DNA from: an uncultured Gammaproteobacteria bacterium
GTDB taxonomy: Bacteria; Patescibacteriota; Patescibacteriia; Patescibacteriales; UBA12465
Reading direction: 5' to 3'
DNA: 64,000 nucleotides
Assembly (NCBI GenBank): GCA_964435515.1
Contig: CAYSZD010000002.1
Location: forward strand, 25,042-89,041
In this document: positions 7,835 to 17,757 of the stretch, one piece after another
Layout of the letters: each line of letters starts with the position of its first letter
Position numbering within the stretch: the stretch's first letter is position 1
Made by a program: the position numbers and the translations under genes
Notes under the pieces: model-generated
The model's input: the letters and a program-made list of their open reading frames with translations, nothing else
Database searches by the model: none
What the model was told of the DNA's origin: nothing

Positions 7835-10800
7835 TTATGGCCAAACTCGATACAAACTCCAATTATCAGTCACTCTAATACTAAAATTCTTAATACCTAC
7901 CGTAGCATAATAGTGATAGACAACGTGAGGGTCGGTAATGTTAGGACGACTATCTTGATTAACTAGGTTTTGAATATTGCCATCACCCCAGTTAACAATT
8001 AAGTCTCTTAGAGGTTGTTGTTCTTTATCAATTGTAGTGTTAAAGCTTAGTTTATATATACCTGGACTTTGTACATTAATACTATTACCACTTACTGGAA
8101 CACTATTTATTTTAACCTGACTTATTATTGGTAATACGTAATGCCAATAAGTGTTAAAAGAGCTGTCGTTGGTGCTAGCGTGGCAAGTTAAATTAAGACA
8201 AGCACCGTTTTGTGTTATGGAATCAATGTAGTTAACGGGGATATTGTTGTTTATGTCAATGTATCCATAAGCGCTCTCATAAGTTCCTTTACCTTTACTA
8301 AAGGTATAACCATCATAAGAAGTAAGGAAGGTATTCTTTAGAATATTGTCTGAAAGAAAAGGTGTTAATGAATTTTGATCAGCAACCTTCCCCCCATTCC
8401 ACATCGGCACGCAAGTACCATTGGCAGCGCCACAAGAACGTTGATTGACTAAAGACTTATTAGCGCTATCTGTATAATCTAAAATACAGTAGACGTTAGG
8501 GTCTAAACTACAATAGCCTAAATTACTACAACCAGGACCACTACAACCATAGGGTCTACCAGCAAAAGCTTCTTGATCTATTTTGCTTGAATATTGATTC
8601 CTAAACTTCACTGCTTCACTGGCAAAAATATTAAAGTTATCTGGAAAAGTAGCGGCGCCAAAAGGTACTAGCTCACGATTACGACCATATTTGGTAAAGT
8701 CATAGTTATTGACAGAAATTGTATGTATAGCTCCAGGAGTAGAACAATCAACTGGAGTTTGCACAGCTTCCCAGGCCAGACAATCACCTATAAAACCACA
8801 AGGAGGCTGACAATGAGCGGGTTCAGTAAAACAATTACAACCATTGTCGCAAGCACATTCATCGGTGCAATTATATTCTGTGATATGACAAGTATCAGGT
8901 ATAGAACCATAGAAAGTATTAACATCTCTAAAGAAGGCGGGGGTATCAAATAAATAGGCACTGTTTTTACTTACCCTATCTGCCCAGGCCTTATTATTAC
9001 CATCATTATCTACTACTTGAACAAACTTATTACAAGTTGGATAATATACTTTTTCTGAGTCAGGAGAAGAAATGAGCTTAAGATCGTCCTCATCAATTGT
9101 TTGATTATTATTATAAACAGTTCTATCAAAAATTCTAACCGAAGGATTGGCATTTTTAGCTTCATTTAAAGTACTATCTGTTCTAGACGAAAAACCATCA
9201 TAAATATACCAGCCATTATAATCACTGACATCAAAACTAAAGTCAAAAGACTGAGTACCAGAGTCTTTATGACTAGTGGTAATTGAAAGAGGATCTATTG
9301 TTGTAGCTAACCTATCATTATTTAATGGAATACAGAAAGTATCTTTTCTATCCCAGCCTCGAAACTGAAGAATAAAATAATCAAAATTAGAACTTCTATC
9401 TGGTTGGCATTTATTATGTAATTCAGGTTCATTATTAGTGTCATCATTTGTTCCGTTATTGACTGTACAAAAATTTGAAGTAGACCCATCTTCGTAAAAA
9501 CAAGACAATGAATCGTTCCCTGCTGAATTTTCTTTTTCACTATCTACCAACTTAGCCACCCGCTTCTCTACTAAAGTAAAGTTACCATTAGCTTCAGTAC
9601 AATAGTTAAGGGGAAAGGCGCCTTGATAACCGAGAGTGGAGCGAGCTGATTTAAAGTTAGCGCTAATTTCATCAACTGGATACCAAAGTAAGCAAACATT
9701 CTTATTAGCTGAATCATGTTGCAGACAATAACCAACTAAACCATCCTTCACTACTTTACTATTCACACTACTACAAGATAATGCATCTTGAGATGGATAT
9801 AGTCTACATTCCTTCGCCACATACTCATTGTTTCCTACCTCTAATACTGGTTCAATATTAATATCATCGAAATAGACATAACGCTCTTCTGTTCTACTAC
9901 CATTCTCTACTGACAACATAAGTACCACCTTATCATTATCAGCTGCAACATTAAAAGACATCACCTTTCTTTCCCAGCCTTGATTAGCGCTAAAGATTTG
10001 AGTTTTAAGTGGCGTCTGATTATAGTAATCTGATTGAGCACTATATTCATAGACAGACACTCTTGCCTGAACACCTGTATCCTTAGTATTTAATAGAAAG
10101 TTGATATAATGTGTCGTTCTGTTAGTTAGGCTGTTATTAGGTAGAACAATAGGAGAATTAACTGAATGAGGGGAAATCATCTGTCCAGACATTACTCTTA
10201 AATAGGCTCCGCCTTCAGCCGGATAATCAGCTGGAGCATTGCTTGGTGAATTTATAATACTTTCTGCCTGAATACTACTAGTAAATACACAAGGAGAACT
10301 AGTGCCTATCTTCTGACAATATAGAGTAGGACTAGCAGCTTCAAAATTAAAATGAGCAGTAGTATTTGAGCCCACCTCTTTCATGCGAGCAAGACTATAT
10401 TTATCTAAAACTGAATAACCAGATAATTTAGTTAAATCAGAGCTAGCCGCATTAACAATACTGTTATCAGGAGCAACAAAATTCATACATTCGCCTTGAT
10501 CGTTTAAAGCATTACATTCTCCTAAGGCATAGCAAGTTCTTTCACCAGTATCAGCATCAACCACATAAGTCATACAATCTAACCAAGAAGCACAGGTCCT
10601 ATCAGGTCTCACTTTAATTAAAGTATTGGAGTCACAATTACCAGTTGTACATACTTGAGGAGCTTGACCATCCTGACTAGCAGCCGCATTCCAGCCACCA
10701 CTAAGAGATAGTAGTCCCTGTCCTCCATTCATTGAACGTTCATTAAAGAGAATGCAACCATCAGCTTCATTTACTAGTCCATTACAAGTTGTTTTATCAA

Positions 10801-13800
10801 CATTACTCTCTAATTGATAGTCGATAATAGCTTTCTTTAACACTATTTCATGATTAGCATTGGGACCAAAAACTCGGACCCATTTATTATTTCTGGAATG
10901 AAAAATATAGCGTTGAGAAGGATTATCTCTTGGAATAACAAATGAATTAATTAACTCACTACTCAAACTATTATCTTCTTGTAATTGTGACAATCCAATA
11001 GGCGACTCCACTCTCACATCATACACCAGGGCTGGATTAGCAGTATTAACGGATATGATATATAAAGAATTTGGCTCTACATCTACTCTCTGACTAGCAT
11101 TGGCGCCAGTCCCATCCCAAGCGTTATTATTCTGATCAGCACTAGGATCTTTAACTAAATTAACCGAGAAAGAACTTACCGGATCGATATATTCAGTACA
11201 ACTAGATTGACTCGCCTCACATATAGCCGCTGATTCTGATGGAATAGGTATTTGTTGACCTCCGCCTCCATAGCCAAAGGTTTTAAAGTATGAAACCGGA
11301 CATTCATAATCATTATTATCAATTACACAGGGACGATTAGCCGCACAATCAGTAGCACTAGCACAAATCTTTGTTCCCTTCTCAATACCATCAATATTAC
11401 CATTATTATTTAAATCGCAGCGCATAACAGGCGACTTATACCAAGCCTTACCAACTTTTTCTGGATCAGTACTATTTCTATAAACACAAGTATTGTTAGC
11501 TGGGTTCTTGAAATAGGCAGTACCTGTTCCATCAAGATATTGCCAAGCCTCGCAACCAGAATCTAAAGCGCTACAAATAATAGAATCATATTTATTTGGA
11601 TTATTACGCTTAAAGACATCTGACCAGGCTAAATTTTCAGCTGAAGAAATAGCTTCACCAAAACGAGAACAACCTAAATCGGCTACATTACATTGCTTAG
11701 TTTTATCATAGATAGCATAGGTAAATTTATCTCCTGCTACTTTAATACACTCTGGCTCATTGGAATCACACAAGCCATTATCATTAGTATCTTTCCAAAT
11801 ATTTCCCTTAAAATTATCAAAGTTAGCAGTACTAATCATCATTTCACAACCAACAGCTGAATCTTGACATAATTTATTAAATTGACGTAAATAATGAACA
11901 GTGTTTGCTCTATCGGTATAAGCAGAACAACCAAGATTATAGTCAGGTCCCTGATAATTATCCAACATATCGTAGTAGCAGATATCAGGAATTTGACTGG
12001 TATTTTTAATTAAATAATAGCGATTACTAATTTCCGTTAAGACTAAATTATCAAGATAAAAATCAGCACTAGCAACTATAACTAAAGACTCATTAGCATC
12101 CACTTGATGATCTAGAACTGGTAAATTAATTTCATAAGTCTGCCACTCATTATTACCATTTATTACAAAACTACCATTTGAATTACTTTCACTAGCATTG
12201 AAATAGACCATCTCATCTTTAGAGTTTAAGAAGCCTACATAAACATTAGTATTATTAGCAGCGCTAGCAGTAAATTTAAGACTATAGGCCTTACTTTCAG
12301 AAACACTATTACCTAATATTTTTCTGATGAAAGAACTTGGAGCAGCGTTAGCGCTACCCATAATACGATCTAACCAACCAGTCTGATTGGATTGATCACA
12401 ATTTGTTTGTTGTTGAACACCACCAGCATTAGCCCCTCTATCATACATTAATGATTGACCATTGTTTGAATTAGCAACTGGTGAATGAACAGCTGCATCG
12501 CCACACTGTCCCTCCCAGCCCTCTAAACCAAAGGCAAAGCTGTTAGAACTAATGAGTCTAGTATTATTGCCTAAATTACCATTATATTCTCGACAACCAT
12601 TCTCCTGAGCTGAACACTTTGTGCCTTCTTGTGGAATTGCTTGATACAGACAAGCTTGTTGTTCATTATTCCAAAGGCCACCATTTTTACAAACATAACA
12701 ACTAGAAATAGTGCTATTCCAAGATCTGTCCGTACCCACACATTCAGCTTGAGAGACAGTTGTATCAATATTATTTTCCGTTAATCTATAACTATGACAA
12801 TTTTCTGAACAAGTAATTGTACTACTATTTAAGCGATATGATATTTGACCAGCCTTATTATAATACTGACGACAATCAGGGTTAAAGAAAGGATCGCTTG
12901 GAGGAAGATTAAATATACTTTCATTGCAATAGGCACTACCATCACTAGTTGCGGCTGGATTGCCACTTTCATCTTTCTTTAATACAAAAGATTTAAGTTG
13001 ATAGCCGCTTTCTTCTGTGCCTACCCAAGTATAGAAATCAGCACAATCAGCCCCAGGCTTAATACATTGTTTTAACTGAACATAATATTCCCTATTTTCT
13101 CCGCCCATAGCCGCATCGTCTAGATTGGTAAATTCACTACAACCAACTGCTTGAGCGCTACAAGTCTGACTATTTTGAGGAATAATTTTTTCTGCTTGAG
13201 GGGAATAGAAATAGTTAGCCCGACTAACATATAAGTCGTAGCCATTACAACTAGAATCACAGTAATCAGTGGTAACTGCTTGAGCTGCCACTGAGAAACC
13301 ACTACTTAATTCAGAAAAACGTTCGCAACCAGCTTCGTCCATGTTACATTGACGAGCAAAATTACTACATACTGCCGGAGCATCAATCTTTAAACGATAA
13401 TCAGGAGAACTGGAATTAGCATCTTGATAACAAGTATCTTTTAGATAATTAGGAATTAATTTTTCGTAAATCTTTTGAGAGCCATATGCAGAAAAACCAG
13501 AATCAAAAGAACTCATTTCTAATTTAACATTTCTCACCGCAAATTCAGTAGGACCATTATCGCTATAGGCAGTTATTCCAAAAGATAACTCTGATAATGG
13601 TTTTTCTCGTAAGTCTCTGGTGACACTCAAGTGTCGCCACACCTGCTGGTCAGTTGTTTGCACTGCAGCAGTATAGTCATCCCCTAAGATTACGTGCACC
13701 CTATCACCTGTAATTAAATAAACATCCGCACTAAGGGTATAGGTTTCATCGGAGATAACATTAAAATCAGCTGGCAACAAAGACACTGCGTTATTTGAAT

Positions 13801-16165
13801 AAAGACTAATAACTTCACTAGTAGAACTAGCTCTAATAGCTTTGCCAAGAGAAATACCATCTAAAGAAGAAGTATCTATAATTTCCGCTGAACGTGTGCC
13901 ATTGGACCAAAAACTCCAATAATTATTAATCCTTGATTCAACCGCCACATCACCAATGTTATCATTAGAAAAATCAGCCCCCATGACTAAATTAGAACCC
14001 CAAGCAGACTTAACTCTCATCATCTCCTGACAAGACTCAGAATCAGATGAACAACTTTCTAATTTATCGTTAAAATAAGCATTAGCAAAAGGATTAGCCG
14101 ACCAAGTCACTTGACCACTATCAACATCATAACTGCCATTAGTAGAATAACGCTGACAACCTACTGAGTCGGCAGTACAATCACCATAATCTAAAGTATT
14201 CTCTAAATAAGATACCTTTGCACCACTGCTAGCTGAAACAAAAGAACTACAAGTATTGTTAATAGGATCGCAAGAAGGAGAATTAAAATTCCAAGTTCTT
14301 CTCTCAGATAAACAATGACCATAAGTTTCACAACTGCCATCAGGATTTTCATCAATACAACTTTGATCATCGCCACAATAATTATCAGCTCTTACCACTG
14401 TCACTGTATCGCTAATAGCAGCATTATCACTCACACTAGGAATTACGCTTACATTTAAAATTTGAGAGCTATATCCTTGAGCAGAACAATAGTTAAGAGG
14501 AGCCTTAAGCACCCAATTAGGGTCAACTAAACCTCGACACCAAGATTGATTTAAAATATTAAAATTAGAGCTATAGGAAGTATATTTATCACTAGCGCTA
14601 AAACAAGACATTAAGTCTAATAAAGTAGCATTTTGATTATACTGAGCAGCTATTTCCCAACTAGTAGGGACAATTCTGTATTTACGTAAAATTTGAATAT
14701 TACGTAAATTATAAGTGCCATCTCTATATTCACTAGTAAATTGCCAATCCGAACGTAAATAGCCCTCCTTAACTGCCTCTGCTACCGTTTTCTTCTCAGT
14801 AACTCCTTGCATAAATCTTTCATCAATTACGCAATCAGTTGGACCAGGATTATTACGATCCCTACAAGTACTAAGTGCCACTAAAATATTGTAATCACCT
14901 CTAGTACCGAAATTTGGTTCAATAATCTCAGCCATGCTTTCACGCACTTTCCCTTCTCCATAACGAATATTAGGGTCACTATAAATATTATTGTCATCAC
15001 CACTAGTAGCAATCTTACCTAAATTACTCATCTTCTTATTAAAAAAGCTAACAGCTAATTGATTTAAAAATACATTAGCCGCATCGATTAAAGCATCTCC
15101 GGTAAATTCACCAATATTATTAATATAACCCTGTTCTGACATCTCTATTTTTCTCTCAGCGTCACCAGGAGTGCCAACAATATTACCAGCAATATTGCGC
15201 ACATCCAACCAGCCTTTATTGGATTCTAAAGTTGTCTTCGCCTTATCTTCTTCACTATTAATTATGCTTTGACTATTAGCCCGAAGGGTATAATAGATAC
15301 CTAAATCATTAGAGGCTGGATTAAAAAGATCTCTCATGTTAGTAAAGAAATGAGGATCAGTGTATATTTCTGTTTGACGATAATATTCATCATCCCAGCG
15401 CTCTACCATCTGTGAAGCTGAACAATTTGGCGCCTTTGGTCTTTGATAGTCAACCAAAGCTAAGGATATTTTTAATCTAGCATCCAAAGAAGAAGGACGA
15501 CAAACCAAAGTTGCTAACGAAGAAGCTGGTAATCTACTTGAGGTAACTCCATCACTGCCAGTATCAACTCCACTGCATTGAAATAATTGTGCCTCACATT
15601 GAGCCATGGTTTTTTTTGGAAAAGAGACTCTACAAGTGTCTGTGCAAGAAGCTGGATTATTAATACCGCAGCTTCTAACGCATTTTGAATAATCCCTATC
15701 GCCTATACAATCATCATAAGCTAACTTACACTGCTCATTTTTTTCTGTACCTTTTGCGTCACTTGTCCAACTGGCATTCTGCCAATTAGCTACAGCCGTT
15801 TCTAAAAACTGCCCAGCCGCTTCATCACCAATTTGACTCAAATAATCACCCCAACCTTGAGTCACAAAAAGTGGTTTTTGTCCTTCTCGCCCAGAACCAA
15901 TCCAATTGGCAGTATCATAGGCAATTTTATTTAAAGCGGTGCGAGTCGCTTGTTGCAGAGCAGCTGCTCCTCCCTTTTCGTAGGCCTTTTTGATAAAATC
16001 CCAAAGAGGATTTAACACCGTATTAGAAATACCCTGATTAATATCCGCAGTTTGGGCTTTAGTTGCTTTAGGAGAAATAACAAAAAAAGAAAATACCAGA
16101 ATCAACAAAAGCAAAAAAGATCGCCATCTAAAACGATTATTATAAAACTTGGAACTATTAGACAT
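7835..16165 (-). CDS. Giant secreted Cys-rich surface protein (2776 aa) with CBM/jelly-roll-like modules and a C-terminal PKD/Ig-like domain
   Basis: Uninterrupted 8.3-kb ORF with N-terminal signal/anchor RSFLLLLILVFSFFVISPKATKA. At least 9 copies of C-x5-[GS]-C-x-x-[FYWM] (CTADSVGCQRY, CSSDSESCQEM, CNMDEAGCERF, CSAQAVGCSEF, CSAQENGCREY, CQDSAVGCEMM, CNVADLGCSRF, CSALDSGCEAW, CEASQSSCTEY). Three beta-sandwich-like blocks end in FAVRNVKLE (~13510-13960), DFYLDNLVLTE (~12030-12330) and VYFDDINIEP (~9850-10230). The C-terminus VNWGDGN...HVVYHYYATVGIKNFSIRVTDNW resembles a PKD domain. Confidence 0.9.
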   Translation of the reverse strand: MSNSSKFYNNRFRWRSFLLLLILVFSFFVISPKATKAQTADINQGISNTVLNPLWDFIKKAYEKGGAAALQQATRTALNKIAYDTANWIGSGREGQKPLFVTQGWGDYLSQIGDEAAGQFLETAVANWQNASWTSDAKGTEKNEQCKLAYDDCIGDRDYSKCVRSCGINNPASCTDTCRVSFPKKTMAQCEAQLFQCSGVDTGSDGVTSSRLPASSLATLVCRPSSLDARLKISLALVDYQRPKAPNCSASQMVERWDDEYYRQTEIYTDPHFFTNMRDLFNPASNDLGIYYTLRANSQSIINSEEDKAKTTLESNKGWLDVRNIAGNIVGTPGDAERKIEMSEQGYINNIGEFTGDALIDAANVFLNQLAVSFFNKKMSNLGKIATSGDDNNIYSDPNIRYGEGKVRESMAEIIEPNFGTRGDYNILVALSTCRDRNNPGPTDCVIDERFMQGVTEKKTVAEAVKEGYLRSDWQFTSEYRDGTYNLRNIQILRKYRIVPTSWEIAAQYNQNATLLDLMSCFSASDKYTSYSSNFNILNQSWCRGLVDPNWVLKAPLNYCSAQGYSSQILNVSVIPSVSDNAAISDTVTVVRADNYCGDDQSCIDENPDGSCETYGHCLSERRTWNFNSPSCDPINNTCSSFVSASSGAKVSYLENTLDYGDCTADSVGCQRYSTNGSYDVDSGQVTWSANPFANAYFNDKLESCSSDSESCQEMMRVKSAWGSNLVMGADFSNDNIGDVAVESRINNYWSFWSNGTRSAEIIDTSSLDGISLGKAIRASSTSEVISLYSNNAVSLLPADFNVISDETYTLSADVYLITGDRVHVILGDDYTAAVQTTDQQVWRHLSVTRDLREKPLSELSFGITAYSDNGPTEFAVRNVKLEMSSFDSGFSAYGSQKIYEKLIPNYLKDTCYQDANSSSPDYRLKIDAPAVCSNFARQCNMDEAGCERFSELSSGFSVAAQAVTTDYCDSSCNGYDLYVSRANYFYSPQAEKIIPQNSQTCSAQAVGCSEFTNLDDAAMGGENREYYVQLKQCIKPGADCADFYTWVGTEESGYQLKSFVLKKDESGNPAATSDGSAYCNESIFNLPPSDPFFNPDCRQYYNKAGQISYRLNSSTITCSENCHSYRLTENNIDTTVSQAECVGTDRSWNSTISSCYVCKNGGLWNNEQQACLYQAIPQEGTKCSAQENGCREYNGNLGNNTRLISSNSFAFGLEGWEGQCGDAAVHSPVANSNNGQSLMYDRGANAGGVQQQTNCDQSNQTGWLDRIMGSANAAPSSFIRKILGNSVSESKAYSLKFTASAANNTNVYVGFLNSKDEMVYFNASESNSNGSFVINGNNEWQTYEINLPVLDHQVDANESLVIVASADFYLDNLVLTEISNRYYLIKNTSQIPDICYYDMLDNYQGPDYNLGCSAYTDRANTVHYLRQFNKLCQDSAVGCEMMISTANFDNFKGNIWKDTNDNGLCDSNEPECIKVAGDKFTYAIYDKTKQCNVADLGCSRFGEAISSAENLAWSDVFKRNNPNKYDSIICSALDSGCEAWQYLDGTGTAYFKNPANNTCVYRNSTDPEKVGKAWYKSPVMRCDLNNNGNIDGIEKGTKICASATDCAANRPCVIDNNDYECPVSYFKTFGYGGGGQQIPIPSESAAICEASQSSCTEYIDPVSSFSVNLVKDPSADQNNNAWDGTGANASQRVDVEPNSLYIISVNTANPALVYDVRVESPIGLSQLQEDNSLSSELINSFVIPRDNPSQRYIFHSRNNKWVRVFGPNANHEIVLKKAIIDYQLESNVDKTTCNGLVNEADGCILFNERSMNGGQGLLSLSGGWNAAASQDGQAPQVCTTGNCDSNTLIKVRPDRTCASWLDCMTYVVDADTGERTCYALGECNALNDQGECMNFVAPDNSIVNAASSDLTKLSGYSVLDKYSLARMKEVGSNTTAHFNFEAASPTLYCQKIGTSSPCVFTSSIQAESIINSPSNAPADYPAEGGAYLRVMSGQMISPHSVNSPIVLPNNSLTNRTTHYINFLLNTKDTGVQARVSVYEYSAQSDYYNQTPLKTQIFSANQGWERKVMSFNVAADNDKVVLMLSVENGSRTEERYVYFDDINIEPVLEVGNNEYVAKECRLYPSQDALSCSSVNSKVVKDGLVGYCLQHDSANKNVCLLWYPVDEISANFKSARSTLGYQGAFPLNYCTEANGNFTLVEKRVAKLVDSEKENSAGNDSLSCFYEDGSTSNFCTVNNGTNDDTNNEPELHNKCQPDRSSNFDYFILQFRGWDRKDTFCIPLNNDRLATTIDPLSITTSHKDSGTQSFDFSFDVSDYNGWYIYDGFSSRTDSTLNEAKNANPSVRIFDRTVYNNNQTIDEDDLKLISSPDSEKVYYPTCNKFVQVVDNDGNNKAWADRVSKNSAYLFDTPAFFRDVNTFYGSIPDTCHITEYNCTDECACDNGCNCFTEPAHCQPPCGFIGDCLAWEAVQTPVDCSTPGAIHTISVNNYDFTKYGRNRELVPFGAATFPDNFNIFASEAVKFRNQYSSKIDQEAFAGRPYGCSGPGCSNLGYCSLDPNVYCILDYTDSANKSLVNQRSCGAANGTCVPMWNGGKVADQNSLTPFLSDNILKNTFLTSYDGYTFSKGKGTYESAYGYIDINNNIPVNYIDSITQNGACLNLTCHASTNDSSFNTYWHYVLPIISQVKINSVPVSGNSINVQSPGIYKLSFNTTIDKEQQPLRDLIVNWGDGNIQNLVNQDSRPNITDPHVVYHYYATVGIKNFSIRVTDNWSLYRVWP
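8131..8162 (-). repeat. 32-nt direct repeat, copy 1 (inside the giant gene, 98 codons before its stop)
   Basis: Identical to 7061-7092. It encodes SFNTYWHYVL in the giant ORF frame. Confidence 0.9.
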
Positions 16166-16199
16166 AGTTTTTTCTAAATTATAAAAATAAAAGCAAGAA

Positions 16200-16838
16200 C
16201 TATTCTGCTTGAAGTTCTTGCTGACCCAACATATCTTGATAACTTGACATTAATTCTTCGTCGCTTAATTCCTGCAACATTTTTTCATCAACCCCACTGG
16301 CTAATAATAATACTCTGAGCTCCTCTGCACTAGCCTGGCCTAAGAGCATAGAGTTCATTATGCCATCTATTTCTCCCGAGTTAGACAAAGAAAGATTATT
16401 TGAAGCTTCTGGAATAATGGCAATATTTTCCTGTTGATTTACCACTTTAATTTCATTATTACACTCTGCACCGCTAGCACATAAGGGATCAGTGCCTTGA
16501 TTAACTTCATCACGATCACTAATATTATCGCCATCTGTATCAGTTAAATAAGCTGAAGTATTATATAAAGATTGCTCTTCATAATCAGACAAACCATCAC
16601 CATCAGTATCGGCATTTAAAGCTAACTGATTAAAATTTTCCGTTTCTTCATTCAAACTCACATTTTTAGCTCCATTTGAAACACTAAATGGGTCAGTAAG
16701 GCGCAGGTTTATTTGCCAAACCCAAAGAATTAATACACCTAAACTAAGCACTGAAAGAAATATAAAAGAATTCTTTTGTTTTTTAGGAAGATTGCTAAAA
16801 AAAGAATTTTTAGATTCTGTGATAGATTTTTTTGACAT
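16200..16838 (-). CDS. Membrane-anchored protein with thrombospondin-type-3/dockerin-like Ca-binding repeats
   Basis: N-terminal TM helix (FIFLSVLSLGVLILWVW). Two D-x-D-x-D-G-x-x-D-x-x-E loops (DTDGDGLSDYEE, DTDGDNISDRDE). The stop lies 34 nt upstream of the giant gene start. Confidence 0.8.
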   Translation of the reverse strand: MSKKSITESKNSFFSNLPKKQKNSFIFLSVLSLGVLILWVWQINLRLTDPFSVSNGAKNVSLNEETENFNQLALNADTDGDGLSDYEEQSLYNTSAYLTDTDGDNISDRDEVNQGTDPLCASGAECNNEIKVVNQQENIAIIPEASNNLSLSNSGEIDGIMNSMLLGQASAEELRVLLLASGVDEKMLQELSDEELMSSYQDMLGQQELQAE

Positions 16839-16888
16839 AAGTAATCAAGCTGATTTTAAAAAAAATTCATCTCTTATGATTACTCAAA

Positions 16889-17743
16889 TTATAACACAGA
16901 ATGACTTATAGCCGCAACTAAGTTTTGCCAATTTAATAAACTTAATTGTTCCGCTCTCACCTTACTATCTAACTGAGCTGTTTTAAAAGCATCATCAATA
17001 ATATTAGGGGCACATTTTAGTCCAGCCACTAAATTATTTTTCAACATTTTTCTTTTAGCACTGAATCCAATACGAGCCAAACGAAAAAATCTTTTTGCCT
17101 CTTCTATTGATTGACTATTAGGTCTCTCTTTTTGATAAACAAAACGCAAAATAGCACTATCTACTTTCGGCGCTGGCCAAAAATCTGAAGCAGGCACAAT
17201 ACGTATAATTTCTGCCTGGCCATAATAGGCCAAGGAAAGAGACAGAAGCGACATGTCTGGTTCTTGCCTTACAATTCTTTCTGCCACTTCCTTTTGTAGC
17301 ATTAAAACTAAAGATGAAGGAGGATTAATTGAAGACAGAAAAGTACGTAAGAAAACAGAACTAATATTATATGGTAAATTAGCAACAACGCTATATTTTT
17401 CGGCTTCTAAAAAATAATCACTTGGATTAAAACGTAAAATATCTTGATTAACAATTTCAACATTATCTACTCCTTGAGAATTAATAGCCAATTCTAATAT
17501 TTCCGCTAAATGATCATCTAATTCAACCGCCACTACTCTTTTTACTACTTCCGCTAACTTAGCAGTTAAAAAACCTAAACCAGGGCCAACTTCTAAAACT
17601 GAATCATCAGAACTCAGATTAGCCGCCTTAATAATCGCTTGATAAATTCCTTCATTAATTAAAAAATTTTGCCCCTTACTTCGAGTAGGGGAAATGTCAT
17701 ATAAACGGCACAATTCTTTAGTCTGCTTAGTAATATCTGTCAT
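16889..17743 (-). CDS. rsmA: 16S rRNA (adenine1518/1519-N6)-dimethyltransferase
   Basis: KGQNFLINEG, the SAM-binding motif VLEVGPGLGFLT, and VANLPYNISS are KsgA/RsmA hallmarks. Confidence 0.9.
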   Translation of the reverse strand: MTDITKQTKELCRLYDISPTRSKGQNFLINEGIYQAIIKAANLSSDDSVLEVGPGLGFLTAKLAEVVKRVVAVELDDHLAEILELAINSQGVDNVEIVNQDILRFNPSDYFLEAEKYSVVANLPYNISSVFLRTFLSSINPPSSLVLMLQKEVAERIVRQEPDMSLLSLSLAYYGQAEIIRIVPASDFWPAPKVDSAILRFVYQKERPNSQSIEEAKRFFRLARIGFSAKRKMLKNNLVAGLKCAPNIIDDAFKTAQLDSKVRAEQLSLLNWQNLVAAISHSVL

Positions 17744-17757
17744 AATATAATATAAAT

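Noticed and set aside
8723-13302. Short ORFs inside the giant gene on either strand (8723-8953 +, 9322-9540 -, 12571-12768 -, 13120-13302 -)
   Set aside because: They are fully nested in or out of frame with the 8.3-kb ORF, have odd composition and no start context. They are most simply by-products of a long AT-rich coding region.
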